64,000 bases of DNA from the NCBI GenBank assembly GCA_937916565.1, contig CALFSR010000021.1, positions 122 through 64,121 of the forward strand, in the 5' to 3' direction. The position numbers and the translations under genes are program-made. Within the stretch, counting starts at the first letter, position 1; the number at the start of each line of letters is the position of its first letter. The notes beneath the pieces are model-generated. The model was not told where the DNA came from and ran no database searches. It worked only from the letters and a program-made list of their open reading frames with translations. Positions 8,358-17,999 of the stretch are shown piece by piece. This stretch comes from an uncultured Bacillota bacterium. Lineage in GTDB: Bacteria > Bacillota > Limnochordia > Limnochordales > ZCTH02-B6.

Positions 8358-8561
8358 TCACCCGCTGGTCAGGCCTTGAACCTTGTCGGTCACCCATTGC
8401 ACGCCCCGCATTCCCATGGCCCGGGAAGCGGCCCGCTCCATGCGGCGGCCCATGCGCCGGGCGCCCCGCATCCACGCCCGCCGCGTCCGGTTGTCGGCGC
8501 GCGCCATGACCAGCGCTCCTAGGGCAAACCCCAAGAGGCCCCAGCCCATTGCCCGCATCAT
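8358..8561 (-). CDS. small membrane protein (one Gly-rich TM helix plus basic tail), hypothetical
   Basis: MMRAMGWGLLGFALGALVMA then an Arg-rich tail. SD GGAAGGAG overlaps the mnmA stop. A terminator follows immediately. Confidence 0.45.
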   Translation of the reverse strand: MMRAMGWGLLGFALGALVMARADNRTRRAWMRGARRMGRRMERAASRAMGMRGVQWVTDKVQGLTSG

Positions 8562-8567
8562 GGCCGT

Positions 8568-9782
8568 TCAACTCCTTCCCGCCGTCGTCGGCTCTCGATC
8601 CGGCACGGGGTTAGTATACCCCGCGGCCTGGTCCGCGCCCGGACGCAGGGGACCTTGGATAATGCCGCCGCCCACCAGGTAGTCGCCATCGTACCAGACG
8701 ACCGCCTGTCCGGGGCTGATGGCCCACTGGGGCTCGTGAAACCGAGTGACGACGCCGTCGCCCGCGGGCTCAATGACGGCCGGCGCCGGCTGGGCGTTGT
8801 AGCGGATCTGCGTCTCTACCGGCGTGGGTCCGTCGATGCCGGGTACACTCACCCAGTTGACGTCCCGTACCGCCAGGCCCCACTCGCGCACCTCCTCGGC
8901 GCGGCCTACGATGACCGCATTGCGGGCCGGGTCGATGGCAACCACGTACAGCCGCTGGCCTGCGGCGAGGCCGAGCCCCTTGCGCTGGCCGACGGTGTAG
9001 AAGGCGATCCCCTGGTGCTCGCCCAGGCGGTTGCCGTGCACGTCCAGGATCGGCCCCGGCCTGTGCGCCTCCGGCCGGTACTCCCGCAGGAACCGCCGGT
9101 AGTCATTGTCGGGAATGAAGCAGATCTCCTGGGAGTCGGGCTTGGCGGCAACGCCCAGGCCCAGCTCGCCCGCGATCCTGCGGATCTCGTCTTTGGTGTA
9201 ATCCCCGCACGGTGTCAACGTATGCCGCAGCTGCGCCTGGGTCTGGCCGTAGAACGTATAGGTCTGATCCTTGCGGGGGTCGGCGGACCTGCGCACGACG
9301 TACCGCTCCCGCTCGGGATCCCATCCGATCCGGGCATAGTGGCCGGTGGCCACGTAGTCGGCGCCCAGCTCCAGGGCCTTCTCGAGCAGTGTACCGAACT
9401 TCACGGTCTGGTTGCACAACAAGCACGGATTGGGCGTCAGCCCCCGCAGATAGTCGTCCGCGAACCGATCGATTACGCTTTCCTGGAACGGCTCCTGAAG
9501 ATTGACGACGTAGTACGGAATGCCCAGGCGATGGGCGACCCGCCGCGCGTCCTCCACCGCCGTCAGGCTGCAGCAGCCGCTTTCGGAGCGATGCCCGAGC
9601 GGCAGGTCGTCCGGCCACAGCTGCATCGTTATGCCGATGACGTCAAAGCCTTCCCGCTTGAGCAAGGCGGCTGCGACGGAGCTATCCACTCCGCCGCTCA
9701 TGGCGACGACCACCCGGATCTCGGACTTGGGCGGCGCGTCCGGCGGCAGCGGCCACACCGCTCCCCTGTTCGCGCTCGGCAT
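8568..9782 (-). CDS. mnmA: tRNA 2-thiouridine(34) synthase MnmA
   Basis: VVAMSGGVDSSVAA PP-loop and CSLxAVEDARRVA. Start reset to the ATG at 9782, downstream of the iscS stop. The ORF-track start at 9995 overlaps iscS. Confidence 0.93.
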   Translation of the reverse strand: MPSANRGAVWPLPPDAPPKSEIRVVVAMSGGVDSSVAAALLKREGFDVIGITMQLWPDDLPLGHRSESGCCSLTAVEDARRVAHRLGIPYYVVNLQEPFQESVIDRFADDYLRGLTPNPCLLCNQTVKFGTLLEKALELGADYVATGHYARIGWDPERERYVVRRSADPRKDQTYTFYGQTQAQLRHTLTPCGDYTKDEIRRIAGELGLGVAAKPDSQEICFIPDNDYRRFLREYRPEAHRPGPILDVHGNRLGEHQGIAFYTVGQRKGLGLAAGQRLYVVAIDPARNAVIVGRAEEVREWGLAVRDVNWVSVPGIDGPTPVETQIRYNAQPAPAVIEPAGDGVVTRFHEPQWAISPGQAVVWYDGDYLVGGGIIQGPLRPGADQAAGYTNPVPDREPTTAGRS

Positions 9783-9796
9783 ACACGTCACTCTCT

Positions 9797-10975
9797 CTAT
9801 CGCCTCGGTCCGAGAGAAACCCGCGGTTTCTCCTTTAGGCGCGCCACCGTCGCCGCGATAAGCTCGACGGCCGCGTCCACGTCGGACTCGGTGTTGTCTT
9901 TTCCCAGCGTCAGCCGCAGGGAGCTGCGGGCTAGCTCCCGGGACAATCCCATCGCCACCAGCACGTGGGACGGCGACAACGACCCGGACGTGCACGCCGA
10001 CCCGCTGGAGGCGGCAAGCCCCGCCAAATCCAGGTTAAGGAGGAGCGACTCCCCGTCGATGCCCGGAAAAGATACGTGCACGTTGTTGGGCAAGCGATGC
10101 CGCGGATGGCCATTCGGTCTAGCATCCGGGATCCGCGCCAGGATCCCGGATAACAGCCGCTCCCGCAGCCTCACTAGACGCGGCACGACCCCGTCCATCT
10201 CGGCGACGGCGAGGGCCAGCGCCTCCGCCAGCCCCACAATGCCCGCCACGTTCTCCGTGCCCGCCCGCAGGCCCCGCTCTTGACCGCCGCCGTGCAGGAG
10301 CGGCTCGATGGGCGTCCCCCGCCGCACGTACACCGCCCCGGCGCCTTTCGGCCCGTTGAACTTGTGAGCGGAGATGATGAGCACATCGCAGCCGAGCTGA
10401 TCGACGTCCAAGGGATAAAACCCGGCCGCCTGCACGGCGTCGACTATCAGGGGCACGCCGCGGGCCCGCGTGAGCGCGGCAATGTCCCGGATCGGCTGCA
10501 GGGTGCCCACCTCATTGTTCGCGTACATGACGGCCACCAGCGCGGTATCGGGGCGCAGCGCTGCGGCCACCGCGTCCGGATGGACGCAAGCATACTCGTC
10601 CACGGGCACGATGGTCAGCTCCCAGCCGTGCCGGGAGAGGAACTTGGCGGTTTCGAGAACCGCCTGGTGCTCGACCGCCGACACCACAAGGTGACGGCCG
10701 TGGGCTTGCCTGGCCCATGCGACGCCCTTGACAGCCAGGTTGTCCCCTTCCGTCCCGCCGGAGGTGAAATAGACCTCGGACGGGCGGGCGGAAAGCAGAG
10801 CCGCCACCCGCTCCCGGGCTTCGTCGATGGCGGCCCGGGCTTGTCTCGCCAGGGCGTACGGGGACGAAGGGTTTCCGTGCCACCGCTCCAGCCAAGGTGC
10901 CATCGCTGCGCGCACGCGCGGGTCCATAGGGGTCGTGGCCGCGTGATCCATGTAGATTGTGCCCATGCGCCGCAC
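9797..10975 (-). CDS. iscS: cysteine desulfurase (NifS/IscS, YrvO-like)
   Basis: YMDHAATTP, SAHKFxGPKG (PLP lysine) and SSGSACTSG (active Cys). Order cymR-iscS-mnmA as in B. subtilis. Confidence 0.93.
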   Translation of the reverse strand: MRRMGTIYMDHAATTPMDPRVRAAMAPWLERWHGNPSSPYALARQARAAIDEARERVAALLSARPSEVYFTSGGTEGDNLAVKGVAWARQAHGRHLVVSAVEHQAVLETAKFLSRHGWELTIVPVDEYACVHPDAVAAALRPDTALVAVMYANNEVGTLQPIRDIAALTRARGVPLIVDAVQAAGFYPLDVDQLGCDVLIISAHKFNGPKGAGAVYVRRGTPIEPLLHGGGQERGLRAGTENVAGIVGLAEALALAVAEMDGVVPRLVRLRERLLSGILARIPDARPNGHPRHRLPNNVHVSFPGIDGESLLLNLDLAGLAASSGSACTSGSLSPSHVLVAMGLSRELARSSLRLTLGKDNTESDVDAAVELIAATVARLKEKPRVSLGPRR

Positions 10976-10979
10976 CCGC

Positions 10980-11432
10980 TCAGATGTGATAGATATACTC
11001 GCCTTCCTGGGCTTGGGCGGCTTCGGCGGCCGCGAGGAGGTCGGCCAAGGTCATCGTCTCGAGGACCTCCCCCACGCGAGCGGTCAATGTCTGCCACAGA
11101 TGACGCGTCCCAAAGCGGGGCAGCTGCCACCGGTCCCGGCCAAGCGCAGCACCGTCGTCAAAGCGGATCTCAAGCTCCCCCTCCAGCGCCCGCAGCACCG
11201 CCGCAGCGGTCGTCTCCTGGGGCGACCTGGCCAGCTGGTACCCGCCTTGTGCGCCCCGCACGCTGGAGACGAGGCCGGCCTTGCGCAGGCTGCCCATCAG
11301 CTGCTCAAGATAATGCTCCGAGATGTCCTGCCGCTCCGCGATCTGCTTGAGGGCGATGGGACCTTCCCCGTAGTGGAGCGCCAGGTCCAGCATGGCCCGC
11401 AGGCCGTACTCGCCCCGGGTCGAGATCCGCAC
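10980..11432 (-). CDS. cymR: Rrf2 family transcriptional regulator (CymR-like, no Cys cluster)
   Basis: RISTRGEYGLRAMLDLA...GPIALKQIAERQDISEHYLEQL...GLVSSVRGAQGGYQLA. SD AAGGAGG, 9 nt, then GTG at 11432. Confidence 0.85.
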   Translation of the reverse strand: MRISTRGEYGLRAMLDLALHYGEGPIALKQIAERQDISEHYLEQLMGSLRKAGLVSSVRGAQGGYQLARSPQETTAAAVLRALEGELEIRFDDGAALGRDRWQLPRFGTRHLWQTLTARVGEVLETMTLADLLAAAEAAQAQEGEYIYHI

Positions 11433-11466
11433 TACCTTCCGCCTCCTTGGATCCCAGCTGCACCTC

Positions 11467-11487
11467 GGAAAATCCGACTGGATTTCC
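11467..11487 (-). promoter_or_regulatory. inverted repeat in the cymR leader (possible operator)
   Basis: Minus strand GGAAATCC-AGTC-GGATTTTCC, just downstream of the predicted promoter. Confidence 0.3.
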
Positions 11488-11502
11488 AGGGTATGCGCAC
11501 CC

Positions 11503-11531
11503 ATCTTAGCACGGGTGTTTGCCCCCGTCAA
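11503..11531 (-). promoter_or_regulatory. sigma-A type promoter for cymR-iscS-mnmA
   Basis: Minus strand TTGACG, 17 nt, TG-C-TAAGAT. The -35 overlaps the rarA stop codon. Confidence 0.55.
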
Positions 11532-12889
11532 CCAGCCGGCGGCTCGTGGCTCGCGCTCGCCCGCCAGCGGCGAAGCCGCTCCCCGAGCACAGCCTCATAA
11601 CCGTGCTCGGACGGTTCATAGAAGCGCCGGCCAGCCACGTTGTCCGGCAAATACTGCTGGGGGACGTGGTGGCCCGGAAAGTCGTGCGGGTATAAGTAAC
11701 CCTGCCCGTGGCCCAGGCGCTGCGCGCCGGGATAGGATGCGTCCCGCAGGTGCACCGGCACCGGCTCCCATCGCTCGCCGCGCACCGCCTCCAAGGCCGC
11801 CCCGATGGCCTTATAGGCCGCGTTGCTCTTAGGCGCGGTGGCGATGTAGATGGCCGCCTGCGCCAGCGGGATCCGGCCTTCGGGCAATCCCACATGCTCA
11901 ACCGCCTGCGCAGCCGCGACGGCGACCAGCAGCGCCTGCGGGTCAGCGTTTCCGACGTCCTCGGCGGCATGAATGATAAGCCGCCGGGCGATCGTGCGCG
12001 GGTCTTCCCCGGCTTCCAGCATGCGGGCAAGCCAATAAACGGCGGCGTCGGGATCAGACCCCCGCATGCTCTTAATGAAAGCCGACAGCGTGTCGTAATG
12101 CTCGTCGCCGCTGCCGTCGTAGGCGACGTTGCGGGTCTGGAGCGCGGCGGCCGCGATGTCCGCCGTCACCCGAACCGGCTCTGGGCCTTGGGCACCGTCG
12201 CCTGCCGTCGCCTGGGCGACCTCGACAGCCAGCTCAAGCCCGTTGAGCACCGCTCGGGCGTCGCCGTTTCCCGCGCGGAGGAGAAGCGAGCGCGCCGCCG
12301 GTTCCAGTTCCACCGTCAAGCGGCCCAGTCCTCGCTCGGGGTCCGCCAGCGCCCGGTCGATAAGCTGCGAAAGGTGGTCGTCCGTTAAGGCTCGCAGCCT
12401 AAAGATCGGCGCACGGGACAACAGCGGCGCGTTGACGGAGAAGTACGGGTTTTGCGTGGTCGCACCGATGAGGATGATGGTGCCGTCCTCAACGGCAGGC
12501 AGCAGCGCATCCTGCTGGGAGCGGGTAAAGCGGTGGATCTCATCGATGAAGACGACGGTTCGCTGTCCGTGGTAGCGGAGGCGGTCCCGCGCCTCATCAA
12601 TGACCCGGCGCACGTCGGCGACGCCGGCGGTCACCGCGTTGAGAGGGCTGAAAGCTGCGCGGCTTTGCGCGGCGATGAGGCGAGCGAGGGTCGTCTTGCC
12701 GGATCCGGGCGGTCCAAACAGGATCATGGAGCGCAGCCGGTCCCGCTCCACCAGGACCCGCAAGGGCCGTCCAGGACCCAGGAGGTCCTCTTGGCCGAGC
12801 ACTTCTTCAAGGCTGCGCGGCCGCATTCGTTCCGCAAGCGGAGCGTTCGCCTTCCGGGCACTGTCTTCCGCCGCCGCAAACAGATCCAC
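11528..12889 (-). CDS. rarA: replication-associated recombination protein A (MgsA/RarA AAA+ ATPase)
   Basis: PLAERMRPRSLEEVLGQ, Walker A GPPGSGKTTLARLIA, and the MgsA C-terminal domain. SD GGAGGTG, 7 nt, then GTG at 12889. The ORF-track 551-aa version runs through a noncoding RNA region. Confidence 0.9.
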   Translation of the reverse strand: MDLFAAAEDSARKANAPLAERMRPRSLEEVLGQEDLLGPGRPLRVLVERDRLRSMILFGPPGSGKTTLARLIAAQSRAAFSPLNAVTAGVADVRRVIDEARDRLRYHGQRTVVFIDEIHRFTRSQQDALLPAVEDGTIILIGATTQNPYFSVNAPLLSRAPIFRLRALTDDHLSQLIDRALADPERGLGRLTVELEPAARSLLLRAGNGDARAVLNGLELAVEVAQATAGDGAQGPEPVRVTADIAAAALQTRNVAYDGSGDEHYDTLSAFIKSMRGSDPDAAVYWLARMLEAGEDPRTIARRLIIHAAEDVGNADPQALLVAVAAAQAVEHVGLPEGRIPLAQAAIYIATAPKSNAAYKAIGAALEAVRGERWEPVPVHLRDASYPGAQRLGHGQGYLYPHDFPGHHVPQQYLPDNVAGRRFYEPSEHGYEAVLGERLRRWRASASHEPPAG

Positions 12890-12916
12890 CTGGCCCCACC
12901 TCCGTGCTGCAGGCAT

Positions 12917-12941
12917 AAGAAAACGGGAGGTCGCCCTCCCG
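12917..12941 (-). terminator. rho-independent terminator ending the candidate ncRNA unit
   Basis: Minus strand CGGGAGG-GCGA-CCTCCCG followed by TTTTCTT. Confidence 0.65.
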
Positions 12942-12944
12942 CTT

Positions 12945-13147
12945 CGGCCAAATACCCCGCCGTGCCGCCATATCCGGCTGTTGGTGAACCTGCGCTCAGG
13001 CAGGTGGGTGTCCTCCTGGGCGCTTTTGGGCTTCCCCGCTGCCGGGGCATGCACGCCACGTCCAGAGCCGAACTCCCGGATGTGAAGGTGTTGGCTCACA
13101 ACACTGCCGGATTCGTCGCGAACACAGCAGGGCGTCGGTTCCCTGCC
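12945..13147 (-). ncRNA. ssrS: candidate 6S RNA (SsrS/BsrA-like)
   Basis: Own promoter and terminator. About 180-nt core (12955..13132) folds into a long irregular hairpin: CCCTGCTGTG pairs with CACGGCGGGG, and ATCCGGC/TGTTG/TGAGCC pair with GGTTCA/CAACA/GCCGGAT. There is a central unpaired region, an apical hairpin CCCCG-GCAG-CGGGG, and a 3'-bubble hairpin ACCTGC-CTGAGC-GCAGGT. Position between aspS and rarA matches B. subtilis bsrA as I recall it. Confidence 0.5.
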
Positions 13148-13153
13148 GAACCC

Positions 13154-13183
13154 ATCATACCACAGCCCCCTTGGCCGCGGCAA
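13154..13183 (-). promoter_or_regulatory. sigma-A type promoter of the candidate 6S RNA
   Basis: Minus strand TTGCCG, 18 nt, TG-G-TATGAT. Confidence 0.45.
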
Positions 13184-13252
13184 CCGGGCGCCCGCTGGCA
13201 GCGGCGGATAAGTGCCCCTCTGCTTCGCGTGGATGATACGCCCGGATGTGCG

Positions 13253-15031
13253 CTAGCTGCGGACGCGAATATGCAGCTCCCGCAACTGTTCCTCCGTGAC
13301 GGGCGACGGCGCGCCCGTCAGCAGGCAGCTCGCGCTCTGGGTCTTGGGGAACGCGATGACGTCCCGGATGTTGTCGGTCCCCGCGAGGAGCATCACGAGG
13401 CGGTCCAGGCCAAACGCGACGCCTCCGTGGGGCGGTGTTCCGTACTCAAAGGCCTCAAGGAGGAAGCCGAACTTCTCCTGCGCTTCCTCTTGCGTCAGAC
13501 CGATGGCTCGGAACACCGTCTCCTGGACGTCCCGCCGGTGAATCCGGATGCTGCCGCCGCCAAGCTCATAGCCGTTGATGACGAGATCGTACGCCTTGGC
13601 CCTCACCTTGAGGGGCTCGCTCTCAAGCAGCGGCACGTCCTCATCGACCGGCGACGTGAACGGGTGGTGGGCCGGGTCAGGCCGGCCTGTCTCGGGATTC
13701 TCATGGAAAAGGGGCCAGTCCACGATCCACGCGCAAGCAAACTGCCGCGGGTTCAGCTCGAGCCGCTGGCGACCGAGGCGCACCCGCAGCCGGCCCAGGA
13801 TCTCGGCGGCGACGGCCCGGCGATCGGCGGCAAAGAGCAGTAGGTCGCCCGCGCCCGCACCGGTCGTTTCCCGCAGGCGGGCGATTTCCTCCTCCGAGAG
13901 GAACTTGGCGATGGGCGAGCGGACGCCGTCCTCCTGGATCGCCATCCATGCAAGCCCCTTGGCGCCCCACAGGACGGCCAGTTCGACAAGCTCGTCGATC
14001 TCCCGCCGCGCCATCGACGCCCCGCCCGGCACCCTGAGGACTTTGACCCGGCCGCCCTCCTGGACAGCTCTGGCGAACACCTGGAAACCGCTTGCGGCAA
14101 CGACGTCGGACACGTCGGCTAGTTCCATGCCGAACCGGAGATCCGGCTTGTCGCTGCCGTAGCGGTCGATGGCGTCGTCATAGCGCAGGCGCGGGAACGG
14201 CTGAGGCAGCTCGATCCCGGCCGCCTCCCGGAACACGTGCACGATGAGCCGCTCCATGACGTCCAGGACGTCCTCTACGTCAACAAAGGACATCTCGACG
14301 TCGATCTGGGTAAACTCCGGCTGCCGGTCGGCCCGCAGATCCTCATCCCGGAAGCAGCGCGCGATCTGGAAGTAGCGCTCCATTCCGGCGACCATCAAGA
14401 GCTGCTTGAACAGCTGCGGAGACTGGGGCAAGGCAAAAAACTTGCCCGGATGGACCCGGCTTGGCACGAGGTAGTCGCGAGCGCCCTCCGGGGTACTGCG
14501 AGTCAGCATGGGCGTCTCGATCTCGAGAAATCCTTCCTGGTCCAAGAAGCGGCGCACGGCCGTCGCGGCCTTGTGGCGCATCATGAGAATGCGCTGCATG
14601 GACGGCCGGCGCAAGTCAAGCGCGCGGTAGCGCAGCCGCACCGTCTCATCCACGTCGGCCCGGTCGTCAAGGCCGAAGGGCAACGGCTTGGCGCGGCTCA
14701 ACACCTGGACGTCCAGGCCGTCCACCTCAATCTCGCCCGTAGCGAGCTGAGGGTTTTCCGCCCCCGGGACGCGGCGGCGCACCTGGCCCCGCACCGACAC
14801 GACGTATTCGTTGCGCAGGCTGTCGGCGACCGCGTACGCCTCAGGATGCACCTGGGGACTGAACACCACCTGCACGATGCCGCTGCGATCCCGCAAGTCG
14901 ACGAAAATGAGCCCACCGTGGTCCCGCCGGCGGTGGACCCACCCGTTGAGGACGACCTCTTGTCCTGTGTGGGCCGGCCTCAGCTCCCCGCACCAGTGGC
15001 TGCGCTGCCAGCGCTTCTTGGACGCCTCCAT
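13253..15031 (-). CDS. aspS: aspartate--tRNA ligase
   Basis: 592 aa with an OB-fold N-terminus, class II motifs ([26 protein letters not shown]) and the GAD insertion. Confidence 0.97.
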   Translation of the reverse strand: MEASKKRWQRSHWCGELRPAHTGQEVVLNGWVHRRRDHGGLIFVDLRDRSGIVQVVFSPQVHPEAYAVADSLRNEYVVSVRGQVRRRVPGAENPQLATGEIEVDGLDVQVLSRAKPLPFGLDDRADVDETVRLRYRALDLRRPSMQRILMMRHKAATAVRRFLDQEGFLEIETPMLTRSTPEGARDYLVPSRVHPGKFFALPQSPQLFKQLLMVAGMERYFQIARCFRDEDLRADRQPEFTQIDVEMSFVDVEDVLDVMERLIVHVFREAAGIELPQPFPRLRYDDAIDRYGSDKPDLRFGMELADVSDVVAASGFQVFARAVQEGGRVKVLRVPGGASMARREIDELVELAVLWGAKGLAWMAIQEDGVRSPIAKFLSEEEIARLRETTGAGAGDLLLFAADRRAVAAEILGRLRVRLGRQRLELNPRQFACAWIVDWPLFHENPETGRPDPAHHPFTSPVDEDVPLLESEPLKVRAKAYDLVINGYELGGGSIRIHRRDVQETVFRAIGLTQEEAQEKFGFLLEAFEYGTPPHGGVAFGLDRLVMLLAGTDNIRDVIAFPKTQSASCLLTGAPSPVTEEQLRELHIRVRS

Positions 15032-15038
15032 GTGGCCA

Positions 15039-16301
15039 TCAGCCGCCTTTCCTCATCAAGAACTGCTGCACATCCGTTGCCCGCATTTCCCGCTCTTCCC
15101 CGGTGGCCATCTCCCGCATGCGCACAACGCCGCGGGCGGCTTCATCCTCACCGATAATCACGACGACCCGGGCGCCCAAGCGGTCGGCCTGCTTCATCTG
15201 GGCCCTCAGGCTTCGATCCATGTAGTCAATCTCCACCCGCAAGCCCGCATCCCGCCAATCGCCCGCCAAGCGCACGGCGACCCGCCGGCCGGCCGCGCCG
15301 TGGTGGGCGATGACCGCGTCCACCGCAGCCGCCGCCGGTGCCTCACGGTGCTTAGCCATGACCAGCAGAATTCGCTCCATACCGGCGGCAAACCCGACGC
15401 CGGGCATAGACGGGCCGCCCAGCGTCTCGATGAGACCGTCGTACCGTCCGCCGCCTCCCAGGGCGTCCTGCGCGCCCAGGTCCGCAGAGACGAACTCGAA
15501 GACGGTCTTAGTGTAGTAATCGAGGCCGCGGACGAGGCGCGGCGCCATGTCATACGTGATCCCGGCATCCTTGAGGTACGCCCGCACCTCGGCGAAGTGG
15601 CCCGCGCACTCCTCGCACAGGCCGTCCACCAGCAAGGGCACATCCCCCGTCTGCCGCCGGCATTCTTCCCGCTTGCAGTCGAGCAGCCGCAAAGGATTGC
15701 GTTCAAAGCGCTCCTGGCAGCTTGTGCACAAGCTTTCCCGGCGGTCCGCCAGGTGCGCCCGCAGCCGCTCGACGTAGGCGGGCCGGCACCGCGGGCAGCC
15801 GATGCTGTTTAGCAGCACCCGGAAATCCGGCACGCCGAGGCGCCGGAGCAAGGTGGCAAACATCCGGATCATCTCGGCGTCTGCCGCCGGATCCTGGGTA
15901 CCCAAGCACTCGACGCCCAGCTGGTGGAACTGCCGGGCCCGCCCGGCCTGGGGCCTTTCGTAGCGAAACATGGGGCCCATGTAATACAGCTTGGCCGGCA
16001 AAGCCCCTTTGTCCATCCGGTGCTCGAGAAACGCCCGCACCACTCCGGCCGTCCCCTCAGGCCGCAGCGTCAGGCTGCGCTCACCCCGGTCGAGAAAGGT
16101 GTACATTTCCTTGTCCACGACGTCCGTGGCTTCGCCGATGCCCCGCTGGAACAACTCGGTGTGCTCGAAGATGGGCGTGCGGATCTCACCGTAGCCATAA
16201 GCCTCGAACACGGCCCGCGTGGCCGCCTCCAACTCCTGCCAGCGCCGGGCTTCGGCGGGCAAAATGTCCGCCGTACCCCGCGGCGCCGTGATCCCTGCCA
16301 A
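15039..16301 (-). CDS. hisS: histidine--tRNA ligase
   Basis: PRGTADILP, [22 protein letters not shown] and the C-terminal anticodon-binding domain. Start uncertain: TTG at 16301 with SD GGGGTGA, versus the ORF-track GTG at 16328. Confidence 0.95.
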   Translation of the reverse strand: MAGITAPRGTADILPAEARRWQELEAATRAVFEAYGYGEIRTPIFEHTELFQRGIGEATDVVDKEMYTFLDRGERSLTLRPEGTAGVVRAFLEHRMDKGALPAKLYYMGPMFRYERPQAGRARQFHQLGVECLGTQDPAADAEMIRMFATLLRRLGVPDFRVLLNSIGCPRCRPAYVERLRAHLADRRESLCTSCQERFERNPLRLLDCKREECRRQTGDVPLLVDGLCEECAGHFAEVRAYLKDAGITYDMAPRLVRGLDYYTKTVFEFVSADLGAQDALGGGGRYDGLIETLGGPSMPGVGFAAGMERILLVMAKHREAPAAAAVDAVIAHHGAAGRRVAVRLAGDWRDAGLRVEIDYMDRSLRAQMKQADRLGARVVVIIGEDEAARGVVRMREMATGEEREMRATDVQQFLMRKGG

Positions 16302-16329
16302 CCGAATCACCCCGTTCTCGATGCACACG

Positions 16330-16357
16330 GGCGGAACCCCGAAGCCGAGGTTCCGCC
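16330..16357 (-). terminator. strong GC hairpin after the PPIase gene (no T tract)
   Basis: Minus strand GGCGGAACCTCG-GCTT-CGGGGTTCCGCC, a stem of about 12 bp. Confidence 0.4.
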
Positions 16358-16428
16358 GTCGTCACCGCAGCCCGCGGCCCGGCGCCTAACCGCCCCGGGC
16401 CGCCCCTCAGTTGGAAACGGCGGGCATG

Positions 16429-17955
16429 TCAGTCTTGTCCGCCGTCGTTCACGCCGTCGCCTGTACCGCCGGCCTCGGCGCCCGGCTCGCCCTCGGCCGC
16501 GCCGCCGGCCTCGTCCGCCTGCGCTCCAGCCCCGTCGCCCGATGCGGAACTGCCGTACAGTTGCTCCAACAAAGCCGCCTGCTGCTCCAGCATGGCGTTC
16601 TGGATCGCGACCAAACGGTCGTTGACCACGATCACGTCTTCGGCCAGTTCCATCTCGTCAAAGAGCTGCAGCAGCGTGTACTGGAGCTGCACGTCCCACG
16701 GGTTGAGCTCACCCGCCTTGCGCAGGCTCGCGGCCGCGTCCTCGTCCCGGCCCACCTCCCGGTAGGCGAGGGCGAGCTGCACGTGCAGGTCCGGGTCCGT
16801 CTCCGCCTTGGAGACCGCCTGCTCGTACTCGCGCACCGCGTCGTCCATGCGGCCGAGCCGCTCGTAGACGCCCGCCAAGGACACATGCAAGTACGGGTTG
16901 AACGGATCATCGAGCATCGCTTCCTGGTATGTGACGGCCGCCGCGTCGTAGCGCCCGTTGAGGGCCTGATCGTAAGCCAAGAGCGCCCGATCGTGGATGA
17001 CAATCTGCGCTGCGCCGCGCCGCTGGCTGAGCCACTCCGACCATTGCCGGTCGCCCGCGGCCCGCTCAAGCTCGACCCGAAGGGTGTCCTTCCGCTCGGC
17101 GAACTCCTCATCGGTGGGCTCCCGCCGTTCCGTCACCTGGATAATGTGCCAGCCGTAGACGCTCCGGACAGGGGCGCTGACCTCGCCTTCACCCAGGGCC
17201 AGGGCCGCCTCCTTGAACTCCTCCACAAACGGCGTCGACCAATCGACCCAGCCCACATCGCCGCCGACGACCGCCGAAGCGACGTCCGCCGAATGCTGAA
17301 CGGCCAGATCCTCAAAGGACGCTCCCGCCAAAATCTCCGCCCGCACGGCCTCCGCCCGGGCGCGGGCCGCCTGCCAGGCGTCCTCGGTTTCTCCTTCGGG
17401 CTCGATCAGGATGTGCCGGGCGTGCACTTCGGCCATGGCCGCCCGCACTTCTTCGTCGGTAAACTCCGCCCGGCGCACCTGTTCCTGGAGCTTGCGCACC
17501 ATGACGTCCTCCCGGATCAGGTCCCGCAGGCGCGCCTCCGTGAGCCCGCTCGCCGTCAAGGCCTGGCGGTACGTGGCGTCATCGGGGAACGATGCCTTGA
17601 TCTGCTGCAGCGTCTCGTCGATCTCCGCGCTCGTCACCGGGAAATTAGCCTCCCGGGCCGCGTCCAGCGCCAAGTAGCTGTCGATCAAGCTGCTCAGGGA
17701 GTAGTAGCGCAACTCCTCGGCCATCGTCCCGCGGATGGCGCCGAAATACTGGCTGTAAATCTGCAGGTTGTTCAAGTACACCTGCTGCAGTTCGGCATAG
17801 GAAATCGCACGGCCGTTAACCTCGGCCACGGGTGCGGCCGCCTCCGTCGCCTGCTGACCCACGTTGAAGCCCAGGTACAGGCTTCCCGCGACGAATGCCA
17901 CGACGACGACGACGATGATCCAGCGCATTTGCTTGCGCAGGGTGGCGAAAAACAT
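16429..17955 (-). CDS. membrane-anchored parvulin-type peptidyl-prolyl isomerase (SurA-N/PpiC) with C-terminal TPR repeats
   Basis: N-terminal TM helix (WIIVVVVVAFVAG). PpiC domain (HARHILI...GGDVGWV...YGWHIIQV). TPR-like repeats (YQEAMLDDPFNPYLHVSLAGVYERLGRMDDAVREYEQAV...). Confidence 0.8.
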   Translation of the reverse strand: MFFATLRKQMRWIIVVVVVAFVAGSLYLGFNVGQQATEAAAPVAEVNGRAISYAELQQVYLNNLQIYSQYFGAIRGTMAEELRYYSLSSLIDSYLALDAAREANFPVTSAEIDETLQQIKASFPDDATYRQALTASGLTEARLRDLIREDVMVRKLQEQVRRAEFTDEEVRAAMAEVHARHILIEPEGETEDAWQAARARAEAVRAEILAGASFEDLAVQHSADVASAVVGGDVGWVDWSTPFVEEFKEAALALGEGEVSAPVRSVYGWHIIQVTERREPTDEEFAERKDTLRVELERAAGDRQWSEWLSQRRGAAQIVIHDRALLAYDQALNGRYDAAAVTYQEAMLDDPFNPYLHVSLAGVYERLGRMDDAVREYEQAVSKAETDPDLHVQLALAYREVGRDEDAAASLRKAGELNPWDVQLQYTLLQLFDEMELAEDVIVVNDRLVAIQNAMLEQQAALLEQLYGSSASGDGAGAQADEAGGAAEGEPGAEAGGTGDGVNDGGQD

Positions 17956-17999
17956 GGGCGATGAGGCCGCCTCCTTGAGTCGAAATCGCTCTGATAATT

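Noticed and set aside
12890-13183. N-terminal 98 codons of the 551-aa rarA track ORF
   Set aside because: They have no homology to RarA N-termini. A strong SD and GTG sit at 12889, exactly where homology begins. The region contains a promoter, a structured RNA and a terminator, which would be nonsensical inside a CDS.
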